64,000 bases of DNA from Octopus vulgaris (GCA_951406725.2 OX597818.1:63984001-64048000); one strand, 5' to 3'; positions 13,174 through 26,801 are shown, numbered from the stretch's first letter. Numbers and translations are program-made. Notes: generated from the letters alone by a model not told the origin.

Positions 13174-13559
13174 TAAACACACTCACATGCACTGAAACAC
13201 ACACACGCACATATGTATGCTAAGATTTTTTTTCACTATTTACTTGAAATCATTTTCTGTCCCCCACTGTTACATTGTGGAAGTAATTACAGTTTTATCA
13301 ATATTAAACTAAGAAGGTTCGATTCCTGTGGTAGTTTAAGATTTTCTAGACTATTTATTCCTTCATTTGTATTAACCTTCCCCACAAATCATTGTTGTCG
13401 GTTGAAATTACATATGGAACGTTATATTATATAATGCTGTTTTCAGCATTCTACAACTTGTTTATAGTTTGTTGAAGCCCTTTAAATACAGCACATATGA
13501 GAGTCATGTTACCTCTTCATAGATAATCAGACGTATTAATATATTTAAATTTACCAGTA

Positions 13560-13790
13560 AGAGTGGCTGTGTGGTAAGTATCTTGCTTACCAACCACATG
13601 ATTCCAGGTTCCGTCCCACTGCGTGGCACCTTGGGCAAGTGTCTTCTACTATAGCCTCGGGCCGACCAAAGCCTTGTGAGGGGATTTGGTAGACGGAAAC
13701 TGAAAGAAGCCCATCGTATATATGTATATGTATATATATTAAACGGCAGTGCATCAGCATGGCCACAGATCTGAGCTGAAACTAGAAGAC
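13560..13790 (+). mobile_element. SINE family A, internally deleted
   Basis: Head gagtggctgtgtggtaagta...cccactgcgtggcaccttgggcaagtg, then tail cagcatggccacag. Confidence 0.85.
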
Positions 13791-14085
13791 AGAGAAAAAA
13801 ATTGAAATTTAATGATTAAGAAAAAAAAGATAGATAAGAAATTGTGTTGTATTATAGAGTTAAACATTGTAAAATATAAGCAGGATGAAATCGCCGGAAT
13901 GATTCTGTCCAATAGTATAGTAAGACACTAAAAAAATTCTTACAACTCTCAATAATTATTAAGGAACAAAGACATCAAGCTCTACTTCCAATGGCATACA
14001 TGTGGAACATATGTGCTTAATTTCGGCTCATGACCAGATAATCTCTTATATAAATATTCATTTTGAAATTGTTGCTTGCCATTTT

Positions 14086-14432
14086 CATCATCAACATCAT
14101 CATCATCATCATCATCATCACTATTTAGCGTCCGTTTTCCATGCTTGCATGGTTTGGACGGTTCAACTGGGGTCTGGGAAGCCAGAAGGCTTCACCAGGC
14201 CCAGTCTGATCTAGCAATGTTTCTACGGATGGATGCCCTTCCTAACGCCAACCACTCCGTGAGTGTAGTGGGTCCTTTATACGTACCACCGGCACAGGTG
14301 CCAAACGAGGCTGGCAAACGGCCACGATCGGATGGTGCTTTTTACGTGCCACCGGCACGGGGGCCAGACGAGGCTGGCAACGGCCACGAACGGATGGTGA
14401 TTTTTACGTGCCACCTGCATGAAGCCAGTCTG
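14086..14432 (-). mobile_element. Retroposon 3' end with (GAT)n tail (RTE-related LINE end or SINE) and an internal ~62-bp tandem repeat
   Basis: (cat)n run followed by a conserved-looking body (ggatgcccttcctaacgccaacc). ttt(t)acgt(g/a)ccaccggcac...cggatggtg is repeated about 2.5 times. Confidence 0.65.
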
Positions 14433-14829
14433 GTGGTTCACTGGCTAATAGACTTGGAATATTCAGGTGTGGCACAGATTCCGTTTACCTTTCTGGTGTA
14501 ATGTTCTAAAGCTATATACACGATGAATTGGCTCTTCGATTCTAATCACGCCATAGATTAATTGATATCTCGTCGTACGTAAATACTTGCATGTTTGGAT
14601 GAATAATTTTATAGTCTCTAAATTATTACCTGTGATATTCATTTGCATAACTTTGTTTTAATTTTCTTTAATTTCAAACAAGATTTGGTGTCATATTTGC
14701 GGAGAAATTTTATTTCTAAATCCAGTTAATCTCTCAAAAGATAAAAATGAACATATATGTAAACTTACACTGGCAAAGCACAATAATGAACCGAACTGTA
14801 TTGTTTGATATATATGTGTGTCTCTGTAC

Positions 14830-14861
<32 letters not shown>

Positions 14862-17667
14862 GTACAGAGACACACACACGCACATATACACACGTGCGCA
14901 CGTAAATCGGAAGTATTTAAGTATTAAAGTATTAAAACAGAATACACTTATTCTTTGATATAATTTCGATATACACAAGAATATATGCGTAATAAAATGT
15001 GTATGTGCGTATAAGTCCCCAAATCCAAGCTAATATTTTATATGAGAAAACACCTATTTAAATCTGCTAGGAATATGAGAGCTTATCTCAACACATTTCT
15101 GAAAATATTCATTGCAAAAGCACGTTTTATATTTTAATGCAATTTAATATATACGATATTGGATTTCTCAGATAGAATTTGTGACATTTTTCTGATATTT
15201 GCTTTTAGTTTTACTAATCAATTGCGAATTGAATATATGTGTTATTACTAAGCGCTTAAAATATTTTGGAAACCTGTTACGTTTATGGAGAAAACGAGTT
15301 AGAATTTTGGAAATGTATTAAATAATATACTTATAAAATTTATTATAATGATCGAACATTCTGTAGGAAGAAAGTGTAATATGACGTCATCTATGAAAAA
15401 TATTGAGACTTAACTATTCTGGTTAATGATATAACTGTTAAAATCATCCACGAAATGATGATATTAGCGCACACTGTAAACGAATTTTTTGATGTGTGTG
15501 TGTGTCTTTATATGCATGTGTATATTTATTTACGTGTATGTAGATATTTTTGTAATGTGGGTGTACTTATATATTTGTGTCCTTTATGAAAGTTGCAAAT
15601 TATATCAACTCCAATAAGATTACAACGAATTAGTCGTAAAAATTCGGCCAAATTATCTCCAACTTCCATTCAATGACTTGGTTGGATATTTCTATTTCCA
15701 TCTGTGAAATTTAATTACTTTCATAGACAATAAAATACAATGAAATGGTACAAAACGCATGCTATAAATTACAATACAATGTCTGAGATTGCATTATTCG
15801 ACACAACCAATTATTGAATTATTAAAACCAAGTCATAGTCAAGGAAATACAGTCATTCGAAATTTATCGATGTAACATTATTTAAGAAGTACGGGTTGCT
15901 AAATTTATCACATGCATTTCCGTTGCCAGTTTCCCCAAATTCTATTGCTAAGTTATATGATTTTGGCCAATATTTCATGGCTAAATAAACGCTGATAAGC
16001 TTCTATATCGGAGAGTGAACAAAAACAGAATTTCAAATAGTGTATTATTACTATAATTCAACGGGTAAACGTATCATATAAACATTGAAAATGGCTACCA
16101 AACGATCGTAACTCAATTTGTGCCTTTGCAGTTAATGAGAAAATATTTCATATACAATAATAACGTTAGTTGAAATATTCCATTTTCATAGGAAAATGCT
16201 ACAAAGGCAAGTTGTTCTGAAATATGATTAGGCCAAATTATACTGGCGTAAGTCCCTATTACCTAAAGGGGGTTATCTATATTCTTACAATTATATTTTC
16301 CATTTATAAGGACTGATATTATAATTGAATGATATCGAAAATTACAGCATAAATTCCTCACTGTATTTGTGTAGAGAGGCTACCATTCCAAATGGCCCAT
16401 TTCGATCGGTTTTTGAAAATTATTATATCGTTTCAGAGATTTACAATGAATGAAATGCTTTGAAACGTTACGAGTTGATTTGCATTGATGCCAACACACC
16501 AAATTTTCTTTGATCTTTTCATTATCATATAATGTTTATTTCCTCTATTTACTAAAGGGGAAGTGGCGTTCAATTTCCAAACATTCCATTCATATTTTCT
16601 TGAATTATCTTACTTCATATTATATTACTATAATTAAGAATTGTAATAAATACTGCTGTCTCATTTGGTAAGTTTGCTCCAAGATAATTTAACCTTTCCA
16701 CATTTTACGAAATCAGATATACCTCATACCTCATAAAGAAACGGTTACGTTTCTCGTTAAACTATAACTGACGGAGTAGAACAATAAGCTTGCAGCCATG
16801 TTACCATGCTGAAATTGATTACATTTGCATTTCCAACCGACACATCAATGAAGCGAGAAGGATGCGAGTTAATGAAATAATTAATATAGTGGAGACGTAA
16901 GATTAGTAATCGATTTATGAAATTAAACATACATATATTAACGGATTGAGAAATCATTGTTTAAATACACAAAACGAAAACAAAACGCAAATAAATTTTT
17001 AACATTTGTTTGTCCAATGAGTATGGGTTACTCTCCTATAGACAAAAGCACCCGCTCACACATACACATAACACATTCGCATAGAAATACACAGGGAAAT
17101 TGATTTTTGTAAAACATCAAGTCTCATTTTTATAATGTATCATGTACTTCGACATCGATACATACATACAAATGCATGCAGCTATCTATTACACACACGC
17201 ACACAAATACACACACACGGACACATGCACGCACACACACATGCACGCACACACACACACGCACACACACACACGCACACACACACGCACACACACATTC
17301 AGACACACAAATGCACTCGCACGCACATACACATATATCTCTATATGCGTATATTGTGGTGTGCGCTCTGGAAACAGCGCTGAGAATCTTGTTTAACGAG
17401 AAAAGCTAAAGGAAGGCCATACGTTGATCATCCCAACATTAGCCTAATAAGTTCCCTCCAAATCCTGAAGTGTAAAGTTGATCCAGGACACATCAAATAT
17501 ATATATATGTGCGTGTATGTGTGTGTGTGCGTGAGAAACAGAGAGAGAGAGGGAGGGTGGAGAATTTAAAGAAAGAGGGAGAGAGAGAGCGAGGAAGAGA
17601 GATGAAGGAAGAAATTCTGTACTTCAAGGAAGAAAATCACTTGATTTTGAGAACATTGTATATATTC

Positions 17668-17941
17668 TTTCATTCTTTTACTTGTTTGACTGCAGCCATG
17701 CTGGAGCACCACCTTTAGTCGAACAAATCGACACCAGGACTTATTCTTTTTTCTAGTACTTATTCTACCGGTCTATTTTCTTGCCGAACCTCTAAGTTAC
17801 GGGGACGTAAAAACACATAAGCATCGGTTGTCAAGCGATGTTGTGTGGACAAACATACACACCTGTACACATATATACACCTATACGACGGGTTTCTTTC
17901 AGTTTCCGTCTACCAAATCCACTCACAAGGCTTTGGTCGAC
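17668..17941 (-). mobile_element. SINE family A, 5'-truncated
   Basis: Homologous to 2150-2445 and 49464-49750. Confidence 0.85.
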
Positions 17942-18099
17942 TATATAAATATATATATATTGCTACGAATTTATGTGAATGCGTATAGAATAATATATCA
18001 GTTGAATAAACTTTTAAAACATGATCTGGTTTTCACGCTTTGTATGGTATTTGAAGATTAAAAGAATATTTTGTAATGCTCATGAAGTTAAATTAAGGC

Positions 18100-18425
18100 T
18101 TTCATACAGCGAGTACAGACACGCCCATGTCCCTGGCGATGGACCTGATCGTTGTCAATAATTGCCCGGATTACTCCAACATTTCAGTTCATTTCTTATC
18201 AGAACGATCATCCGAAGTGCCGTACCTTCGTAATCTGCATTAGTCTTATCCTACTCTTTCCGAATCCTCTGCGCTGTTCTCTGATTGATACTTTGGAATG
18301 TACGTGTTCGATCTTCTGATGCGAATACCAAACAGCAAAGCATTTCGTTTCCAACTTTCCGGCAGAATGAAATGCATCTTGATGTTGTTGTTCTCACAGA
18401 CTTTACCCAACTGACCCTACTATAC
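18100..18425 (-). pseudogene. Decayed Tc1/mariner-superfamily transposase N-terminal (HTH) fragment
   Basis: Minus-strand frames give WKRNALLFGIR, RTAQRIRKE*DKTNADYEGTA, DRSDKK and IIDND..RSIARDMGVS, typical of Tc1-like DNA-binding domains. Several indels. Confidence 0.6.
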
Positions 18426-19231
18426 CCTACAAATAAAGCGCATATGTGAATTTAAAATTGGAATATGGCGACAATTTATCCATCGCAACCTGTATGTGTG
18501 TGTGTATATATGTATATATTTATACATACATACACACACACACACACATATATATGCATATCTCGAATGGTGTCTGTCTTCAAGGAAAAGAAAGAAAGTG
18601 TTTTATTTGCTTTCTTTCTTCTATGCATATTAATAATTTGTCTCCAGACACTCGATGGAACTACTTCAGGGCGTCATTAGCGTGTTTCTTCAGAGTCACA
18701 TACTACACTTCAAAATTAGTTTTATTTTGTAAAAGTTTAGAGAAAACAGCAGCGAACATGGCATATGCACGAAGTCACGATGTGTCTAGGCTGACGTCGT
18801 TATTTTCCCATCTAAGCTCTTGCATGACAACTGCTGCTGGAAAACACGTGATGGCGGTAAGAGTCTCCACGGACTGAATAAGCAAAAAGACATTTTATCA
18901 TATAAAGTTTAAATTATCCTCGAAGCTGGATTGTTCTCATTAATAATAAGAGTACGGAACACATTGGGAACACCTCTGCGATCCAAGATGTCAAATCGCT
19001 TAGCAACATCGCTTCATATTTCGGAACAGTTCTTCAAATTGTGATTATCATGAATTATATTCGGACTGAAATATCTTCTGGCTCTAATGATAACGGCAAA
19101 GCCTAAGACGTTATCCCTAGCAATACCAAGAATGATCATTTACCATGTAATATTATATTGTATCATACGTTATGGTCAAGAGAAATCTTGCTGTATCCGT
19201 TTATATTTACTGAGGTGGTAGTAATATGTGA

Positions 19232-19563
19232 GGGCGCATAACTCAGTGATTAGAGCGTAGAGCTTACGATCGTGAGGTTGTGAGTTCGAATCCCGGACCG
19301 GGTTGCGTCTTGTGTTCTTGAGCAAAACACTTTATTTCACGTTGCTTCAGTTAACTCAGCTGTAGAAATGAGTTGCCACGTGACTGGTGCCAAGCTGTAT
19401 CGTCCCCTTTGCCTTTCCCTTGGATAACATCCGTGGCGTAGAGAGAGGAGGCTTGTATGCATGGGCGACTGCTGGCCTTCCTTAACCAACCTTGTCTGGA
19501 CTTTTGCCTGGAAGGGTAACTTTCTAGGTGCAATCCCATGGTCATACATGACCGAAGGGGTCT
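19232..19563 (+). mobile_element. tRNA-derived SINE, family C
   Basis: tRNA-like head taactcagtgattagagcg...gagttcgaatcccgg followed by ttgtgttcttgagcaaaacacttta. Confidence 0.85.
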
Positions 19564-19736
19564 CAGCAGTAATATGTCCCTTGCTAATATGAATAGCGCT
19601 TGAGAATATGATGCGTTACAAGAAAATGGTAGATCTGCGTTGGTGAATGTTCGCCACGTCCCCTCTATGGAATCAGTGCGTGTATCTCCCTCTTATCAAG
19701 ACTACGCATGTTGAATGCATGATTAGCTTCTAATCA

Positions 19737-20132
19737 TCTTTATATATAAAAGTAAGGATGTGTGCTGTCTGTCTCCTACGATTTAGATTCCTAACTACTC
19801 CCACATTTTGCGGTGCAGTTTTACCAAAACCGGGTATCTTATAGTCGTGATTCATATCGAGCCCTTCTGGGTATTAGCGCGCGTCTACAATGAGTCTACG
19901 ATTTAAAAAAAAAATTACCATCAATTTTTCCCATTTTTAATCCATATTTGGCATATATAAGGGAAGTAACTCTCTAAAAATTTATTATTAAATCTCAGAA
20001 CGTAAAAAGCTACAGTAACATCCCCCCTTTGTGGTTAGCCATATTGAGATGGCTATTATACTTTACATCTCTAAAAATGCTTATATAGTTATTTCCCTTA
20101 CAAACCCGAGCAACGCCGGGTGATACTGCTAG
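19737..20132 (+). mobile_element. Non-autonomous Helitron
   Basis: Starts A^TCTTTATATATAAAAG and ends with the GC-rich hairpin acccg-agcaacgc-cgggt (20104-20121), then CTAG^T. Inserted between A and T with no TSD. Confidence 0.85.
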
Positions 20133-20335
20133 TATTATATACATGAAAGCGGTTGTATTAGGAAGACAGAATATGTAGGTTGTATAAAGAATGTATACAA
20201 TGAAGGGTTTTGGGGTGAAACAAAAACTGGAGAAAACCGAAGTTTATTAAGATCTGTTAGAAAGATATCTTCAATGTTTGATGTAGTTGGATGTAACAGG
20301 ATGCTATATATGCTTGAGATATGTGATGGGGGAAG

Positions 20336-20570
20336 CTATATAATATTTCTAATATCCAGACTAACAACATAAATTTCGTTGAATATTTTGTTTACAGCAT
20401 GACGTATGTGCGATACAAGAGCGTACGTCTCCATTGAATCAAACACGACAGACGAAGTGTTTGTGGTGGTCACTAAAGTGCAAAGATGGTTCCATGTGAT
20501 GGAGAACGTAATTTTCAATGGTTGTCTGGTTGTACCACCTTTCTATTGCTGATGTCAGAAATATTAGAAA
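20336..20570 (-). pseudogene. Highly decayed LINE RT fragment (may extend toward about 22100)
   Basis: IENYVLHHME..FSDHH and ALVSHIRHAVNKIFNEIYVVSLDI resemble the RT region preceding the LDxxKAFD motif. Confidence 0.4.
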
Positions 20571-23387
20571 TCGATGAAAATAGCTGTCTCGCAGTGGTTG
20601 CATTTCATTTTAAGATCCGTTAGATTCCACTTTAGAGCAGCTGGATATATTTCATTATTTGATGGTTTTAAAATTGTAAAATGCTTGTTTTTTTTTCGTC
20701 AACTATCGTTATGACAGAGTAACCATCGATTGAAATATATGAATTTGTATCAGAATTAAATTTTTAATTCGGAAATTTCAAAATTATTTCAGATTGTTAT
20801 TTCTCCTGATATTCATTGACCACAGTGTAAAGCCATAAATTGCGAAATAATTATTTTGTAATTATGTTGACATTTCATTCTCTAATTAAGGGAATCCTTT
20901 CAAATACTTTTAATTAACGCAACAACGCTAATTTATTTCAGATGCTTTAATTGCATATATACTTGATAATGTTTATGATATTAAAGCTCACGATCGGGAA
21001 AGAATCCGATTCGAATATCGGTTTGAGCAGGAACCTCATGGGATGAACAAAAATTATTTTTTAATAATGATTATTTTCTAATTATCCAAAGGCGGGTGAC
21101 AGGAAATATACTACGAAACATCATCCTGACTTTCAATAACTTTAGGAACATTCGTTGTGATTTTGTTTAAACACTTCTCTTAATGTTGTTGATTTCTGTG
21201 AAATTATTTCGTCATGTTTCCTAAAATTTTCCATAGGTTCGCAAGAGTGACTTACATTAGGAGCGGCTGAAGAAGAGAAAATGGATGCTGCGAGGAAAAT
21301 TCATCTGGGGAGTGAATACAATGAAAGAAAGGGATACTTGAGACAGGAATTGGCAAGGGCCTTAGAGCTGGCCTTTAGAATTATACATACTACGTGTGGA
21401 GATAATTGTCAAAATAATTAATTACTACGGGTCTGAAATCTCTTAGTGCGCTCCTGCTAAAGAGATATCTATAGTAAAGATAGAGAGAAAGCGGAGGAGA
21501 AAACATCAGATGTTTTAGTCTACGAGGGAATAGATTGCAATTTGAGTAGTACATTTATTCTGGGTGTGGTATGGAATATGTGTGTAGTATTGTCACATCA
21601 AATGTTGTGATAAAAAGCTGGATTTTTTGTATTTTGAAATCTAATCCTTGCAATGTGGGACATATAGGATGCTCATAAGATACATTCAATAATAGCGACC
21701 ATCCGGCTGACGTAATCGAAAGGAGAAAAGATGATCATTGAAGCTTGCTGATACACGAAGGAATTGACTCTACATGTTTTGTTGAAAAGCACAAGGAGGG
21801 CAGGGTTTTCTTTATTGTTTGGAGAGAAAAATTGCCGGAACATACAGGAGCGTATTTATAAGTATTTAGCTGAACATTTAGTGTCGATTTGGATTTACTA
21901 AGCTGCCTGTGCAACACTCCTGAAGTTTCATCCTCTGTGTGCAAGAAGGTTTTGTTGGAAGCAACGCCAAATCGGTTCCCGATGTGAGTTAGAAACACCT
22001 GCTGGTGATGTCGTTTGAGTCAGGCTACAACTTTTGTGATGTTGAGAATTTGCATGTCAAGAAAATTTACGTTGGGACGCATCACAGTAATTGTCTATGA
22101 AAAGAAAACGCTTCATTTTTCAAGATTATACATCACGAATATGAAACAGACATTTTAGTTTGCACAATTAATATCACATCTACCTCGTCGGTTCTTTGTC
22201 ATACCATGTATTGTTGTCACGTATATACTCCTTAGCAGCATATAGGGGTTCCTTAATTAAAATGAAACAACTTCATTGTGTTGTTGTAGCGCACTCGAAA
22301 TCTAAAAGGACATCGAAACGTAATTGGATATAAAATAACGATTGTTATTTTAAAGGATAAATATAGTTTTACTTTATAATTGATATTTACTGATGAAATG
22401 AAAGATAACACGTATTCCAATATCGCTCATTCGAACATTTCGATATAATTTAATACATGTTAAATGTTTTCTGTTTTTAGGCATTGCCGCAAAGCATGTT
22501 AATTAAATCTTGGATAAAATGCATTAATGTCATTAGCAGTATGAATTATTGTCAATTATATAACGTCAAATCGATGTGAATTTTAATTAATGTTCATAAT
22601 TAAACGTGTTATTAACTGGGTAACTAAAAACGTATATATTTCATATAATTAATAATGAAATTAACTGAAATATTCCTGGTTAGGTTTCAATAAAATGCAG
22701 ATGATCAGTCTTAAAGTATTATGCCTACAGTACATATTACAAAAACCGAACAAAGCTTATGTTAACGAATCTGTTTGTGTTATATTTTCAAAAATGCTGT
22801 GGATGAAGCTTTTCGACATGCATAGTGTATACATTCCTGTAATATTTCAAATAATGAAGCTGTTTTTGTGAGATATCAGATTGCCAATAAGAATGTAAAG
22901 TTGTAATGTGTGGTTTCTGAAACTTTGTATTGGAATCAGACCAAAGAGTTTGAAAATTAGCTCTAAAGAGTAGGTAAAACATATTTTGGAAAATGTTGCT
23001 TTTTATTGAAAATGGCGCTGATATTTTACCTGAAGATCGTAAACACGTGAAATTTATTTCGTGCTTCAGTGAAGAAAAATATAAATGCCTGAATATAATG
23101 CGATTGTAGACGCCAGCCGATGACGCGAAGCTCGCAGAAATCACGCGATTCAGCTATTCCCCGGCAGATGCTGACATTTTCCCTCAACTTATGATAAATT
23201 TATGCACATCTTAGCAACGTATGTCTATATGAGATACTTCTTAAAACGTATACCGGTGTGTATAGCATTCTCACAGCACGTCGAATATAAGTTGGAATTA
23301 CTGATGGCTATTCATTACAAATGCCAATTCCATCCCGAACAACTCTCTCTCAACCAAACCATGGCTCTCCCACTCACTGAGTATACG

Positions 23388-23438
<51 letters not shown>

Positions 23439-23600
23439 AGCTTCTGACATTGAAAAAACAATTTACGAAGAATTACATTTCGGGTGCAAATGTCTATTTC
23501 TTCTGAAAGAAAACTTGAAGTATAATACCCTTCATTGTTAGGCTTCCTTTACCTTTTATTTTCTACCCGTGGACTGCAATGCATTAAGCGTAAGTCAACG

Positions 23601-23694
<94 letters not shown>

Positions 23695-23697
23695 TAT

Positions 23698-23845
23698 ACC
23701 GGAGTAAGCACATAAATGTGAAACAAGGTGGAAATAAGAGTACTCAGATACCAGAGGTAGAGTAATATGCTTTATTTAAAAGCAGTAGTTCGTCGGATAG
23801 CTGAGTAACAAGCTTTTGTTATATTTCTGTTGCTTCTAAATGAAG
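23698..23845. mobile_element. Short (TA)n-embedded element with partial inversion and HHR-like fragments
   Basis: ctttatttaaaagcag versus ttgcttctaaatgaag is an imperfect inverted repeat. CCGACGA lies on - at 23790-23796. Confidence 0.4.
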
Positions 23846-23879
<34 letters not shown>

Positions 23880-24149
23880 CTCTCCACCACATATGAACAA
23901 ACATGCGTTTGAACAAACGCTCACGCGCATACACGTACATGCGTACATATGTACGCACACACGCATGCGTATTTATTTATATGCGCATATGTATATACGC
24001 ACGCATGCATGCACACGCAAACTCATTAGTTCGAGGTTCGACACAAATACGCGTGCACATGGTTACTACGCGTGCATGTGTGAATATACATGCGTTTAAC
24101 ATGCGTTGGAATATGGTATGCGTTGGGAATTGGTAACAGTTTGAAGATT

Positions 24150-24750
24150 CGTAAGCTTTGGGGATATGAACGGCACGCCATTAATAGCTTCACGAAGGAC
24201 TTGGTAAAAATCTTTAATGATTTCGGCCTCTACGTAACGGTTCCCATCAACCTCACTACGGTCGATGCCTTGGATATAACCTCACACCTGAATATGCGCA
24301 AGTCTTACCCGGAGAGGAAGTCTAAAGAAGAAATAGTATACATCATCTATAGTCCAAAGAATCTAGCCCGCTATAATTAGAAAACTGGTTTCAGGTGTTA
24401 GCAAACAAATATCTAATCTTTCGGTCAATAGAGAGATCGTTAACAAGGCCGTCCCCCACTACAACGATGCTTTGGCTAGGAGCGGGCTTACTGAGAAGCT
24501 CACGTATGTGGACAACACCTAAACAGACTCACATCACCCGAAATGAATTAGGAAAAGAAAACTAATATGGTATATTCCCCGCTTTTAACGTAGAAGTTTC
24601 CGCCATCTTAACTACTGGCTTCCTGTCGGTAATTAAGAAACACTTCCCCACAGCCCACAACTATTACAAACTCATCAACCTCCATAACGTTGACGTAAGC
24701 TACTCCTGCATAGACAACATCGCATCGAATATCGCACGCATCAACAGACG
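24150..24750 (+). pseudogene. Penelope-like element RT C-terminus/thumb and linker remnant
   Basis: KDLVKIFNDFGLYVTVPINLTTVDALDITSHLN..YPERK; VSKQISNLSVNREIVNKAVPHYNDALARSGLTEKLTY; RKRKLIWYIP; FLSVIKKHFPTAHNYYKLINLHNVDVSYSC. These match PLE protein motifs, with stops and frameshifts. Confidence 0.85.
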
Positions 24751-25408
24751 TAAAACTGCGTCCGCAGCACCACCGACTCCAACCTTCAACTGATGAAAAC
24801 TCACCATCTGTCATAAGTATTACAAATTCTTCAACCCCCAGTGTATATTAGTGCGCGCGCACTAACGTACATGCAAGCGTATATTCATACGTACATATCA
24901 ATAGATAGATGGAAAGAGTAAGAGATTCACACATGCTTACATATGTAAGCGCGTGTGTACATGTGTAAGCATGTATGAATGCGTGCGTGTGTGTGAGCGC
25001 GTGTGCATATTCGTTCATATAAGTGTGTGTGTGTGTTGGTGCGTGCATGCCAGTGCGTGCGCTCGCACACATATGCAAGCTCACATCACGCACAATATGG
25101 CGATTTCCTGTCCACCATGCGGTCGACTTCCTGTTTACCATGCGGTATTTTCCAAATGATTGTTATGATTCATATACCTATATGAAAACATCAAACCATG
25201 GCACCGCATGACATTCCGCGACCAATCGATGCCCACCTCACGATAATAACAATCAGCTTCTTTCATTCAAATTAAAAATGGCTGAAGACCAGCATCACAC
25301 ATGGAATTCGGTGTGGCAACTAATTTGCATCAATCTCTTTTGATCCATACACGTAACTCCAAATAAAACTACTCGAGTGTCGTTCGTTCGTTTGTACCCA
25401 CACTGCCA

Positions 25409-25490
<82 letters not shown>

Positions 25491-25553
25491 CCAATCAATA
25501 TATCTATCTATCTATCTATCTATCTATGTATCTACCTATCTACCTACCAATCG

Positions 25554-25613
<60 letters not shown>

Positions 25614-25626
25614 ATCTATCTATCTG

Positions 25627-25705
<79 letters not shown>

Positions 25706-25816
25706 AGCTAGCTAGCTAGCTAGCTACCTATCTATCAATCTATCTATCTACCTATCTATATGTCTGTTTGTCTGTCTATCTGTCAGTCTGCCAGTGAGTC
25801 TGTCTGCTTGACATTC

Positions 25817-25885
<69 letters not shown>
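25409..25885. repeat. Long (TATC)n/(TA)n/(TAGC)n compound microsatellite
   Basis: Directly visible. Confidence 0.98.
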
Positions 25886-26043
25886 CATGCATTGCAGAAA
25901 TTATACAAAACGTATAAATAGCTGATGAGTAAAGAACCGGCACAGTTTCGATTCCCTGTTGTTAGCCGTTGACTTATTGCAGGGACTTCGTAGTGGCTGT
26001 TGGGTAACAGGATTAATAAAATAGATGGAAATAGTAATAGAGC

Positions 26044-26283
26044 TTAATGGGTACGACAAATATTTTCACTCGTTCTGGATCTCTTGAGGTATATCAATAA
26101 AAAAGTCTCACTACAGATTTACTCAGTCGGCTTACATACCGCTATATGTCCATCAAATTCAAGAATATGATAATTTGATGGACAGATAGTGATACGTAAG
26201 CCGACTGAGGAAACCTCTAGTGAGACTTTTTAATGATGTACCTGAAGAGATCAGAATTAGTCGAAACGTGTCGTACCCAATAA
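26044..26283. mobile_element. Imperfect ~240-bp palindrome (inverted pLTR-like pair)
   Basis: Left arm ...gggtacgac...aaaagtctcacta...ctcagtcggcttac...tgtccatcaaatt mirrors aatttgatggaca...gtaagccgactgag...tagtgagactttt...gtcgtaccc. Confidence 0.85.
26238..26276 (+). ncRNA. Minimal type I hammerhead ribozyme motif (GUC)
   Basis: GUAC CUGAAGA GAU-cagaauua-GUC GAAA C-gu-G UC GUAC, followed 2 nt later by AATAAA. Confidence 0.75.
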
Positions 26284-26319
26284 AATATATTACTCGTGTC
26301 ATCTATCTTGCTAATACTG

Positions 26320-26430
<111 letters not shown>

Positions 26431-26617
26431 ATTAATACATAATAGTTAGGGTTCAGCAAAGATTTGCTTTACCACATACCAAAGTTTAGAAATAGCAGCC
26501 AAAAACCTTAGCTATTTCTTCTACTTTAAAAAGGGATTCCCAGAGAAACCAAAATACCTGAAGACAATCCACATAGGCAGAGAGGAAAGCAACGAAAATC
26601 AATCAATATCTGGTCAA

Positions 26618-26698
26618 CCATGGACGCGCGTTTCGGAATTAGATCGGTATACAGAATATAGAATTATACTTTACCAAACATTTTCCTCATCAGCATGG
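26618..26698 (-). ncRNA. Type I hammerhead ribozyme motif with palindromic stem III (GUC)
   Basis: CCAUG CUGAUGA GGAA-[long insert]-UUCC GAAA C-GCGC-G UC CAUGG. Fully canonical core; predicted cut between 26623 and 26622. Confidence 0.9.
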
Positions 26699-26801
26699 AA
26701 TTCCTTAATAATTAAATATTGAAATATTAAATTCGAGAGTACTGGAATAATTGAACATATTGCTCCACCTAACGGTACGAGACAGATCATATTCAGTGTT
26801 A

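Noticed and set aside
19232-19305. tRNA gene candidates here and at 31722-31795 and 37136-37221
   Set aside because: A/B boxes are present but there is no complete cloverleaf or acceptor stem; they run into SINE bodies or tails.
25921-25998. CUGAUGA on + and a CUACGA..GUCCCUG/CAGGGA..GAAA layout on -
   Set aside because: The plus strand lacks GAAA; the minus strand lacks G5 and has no stem I.
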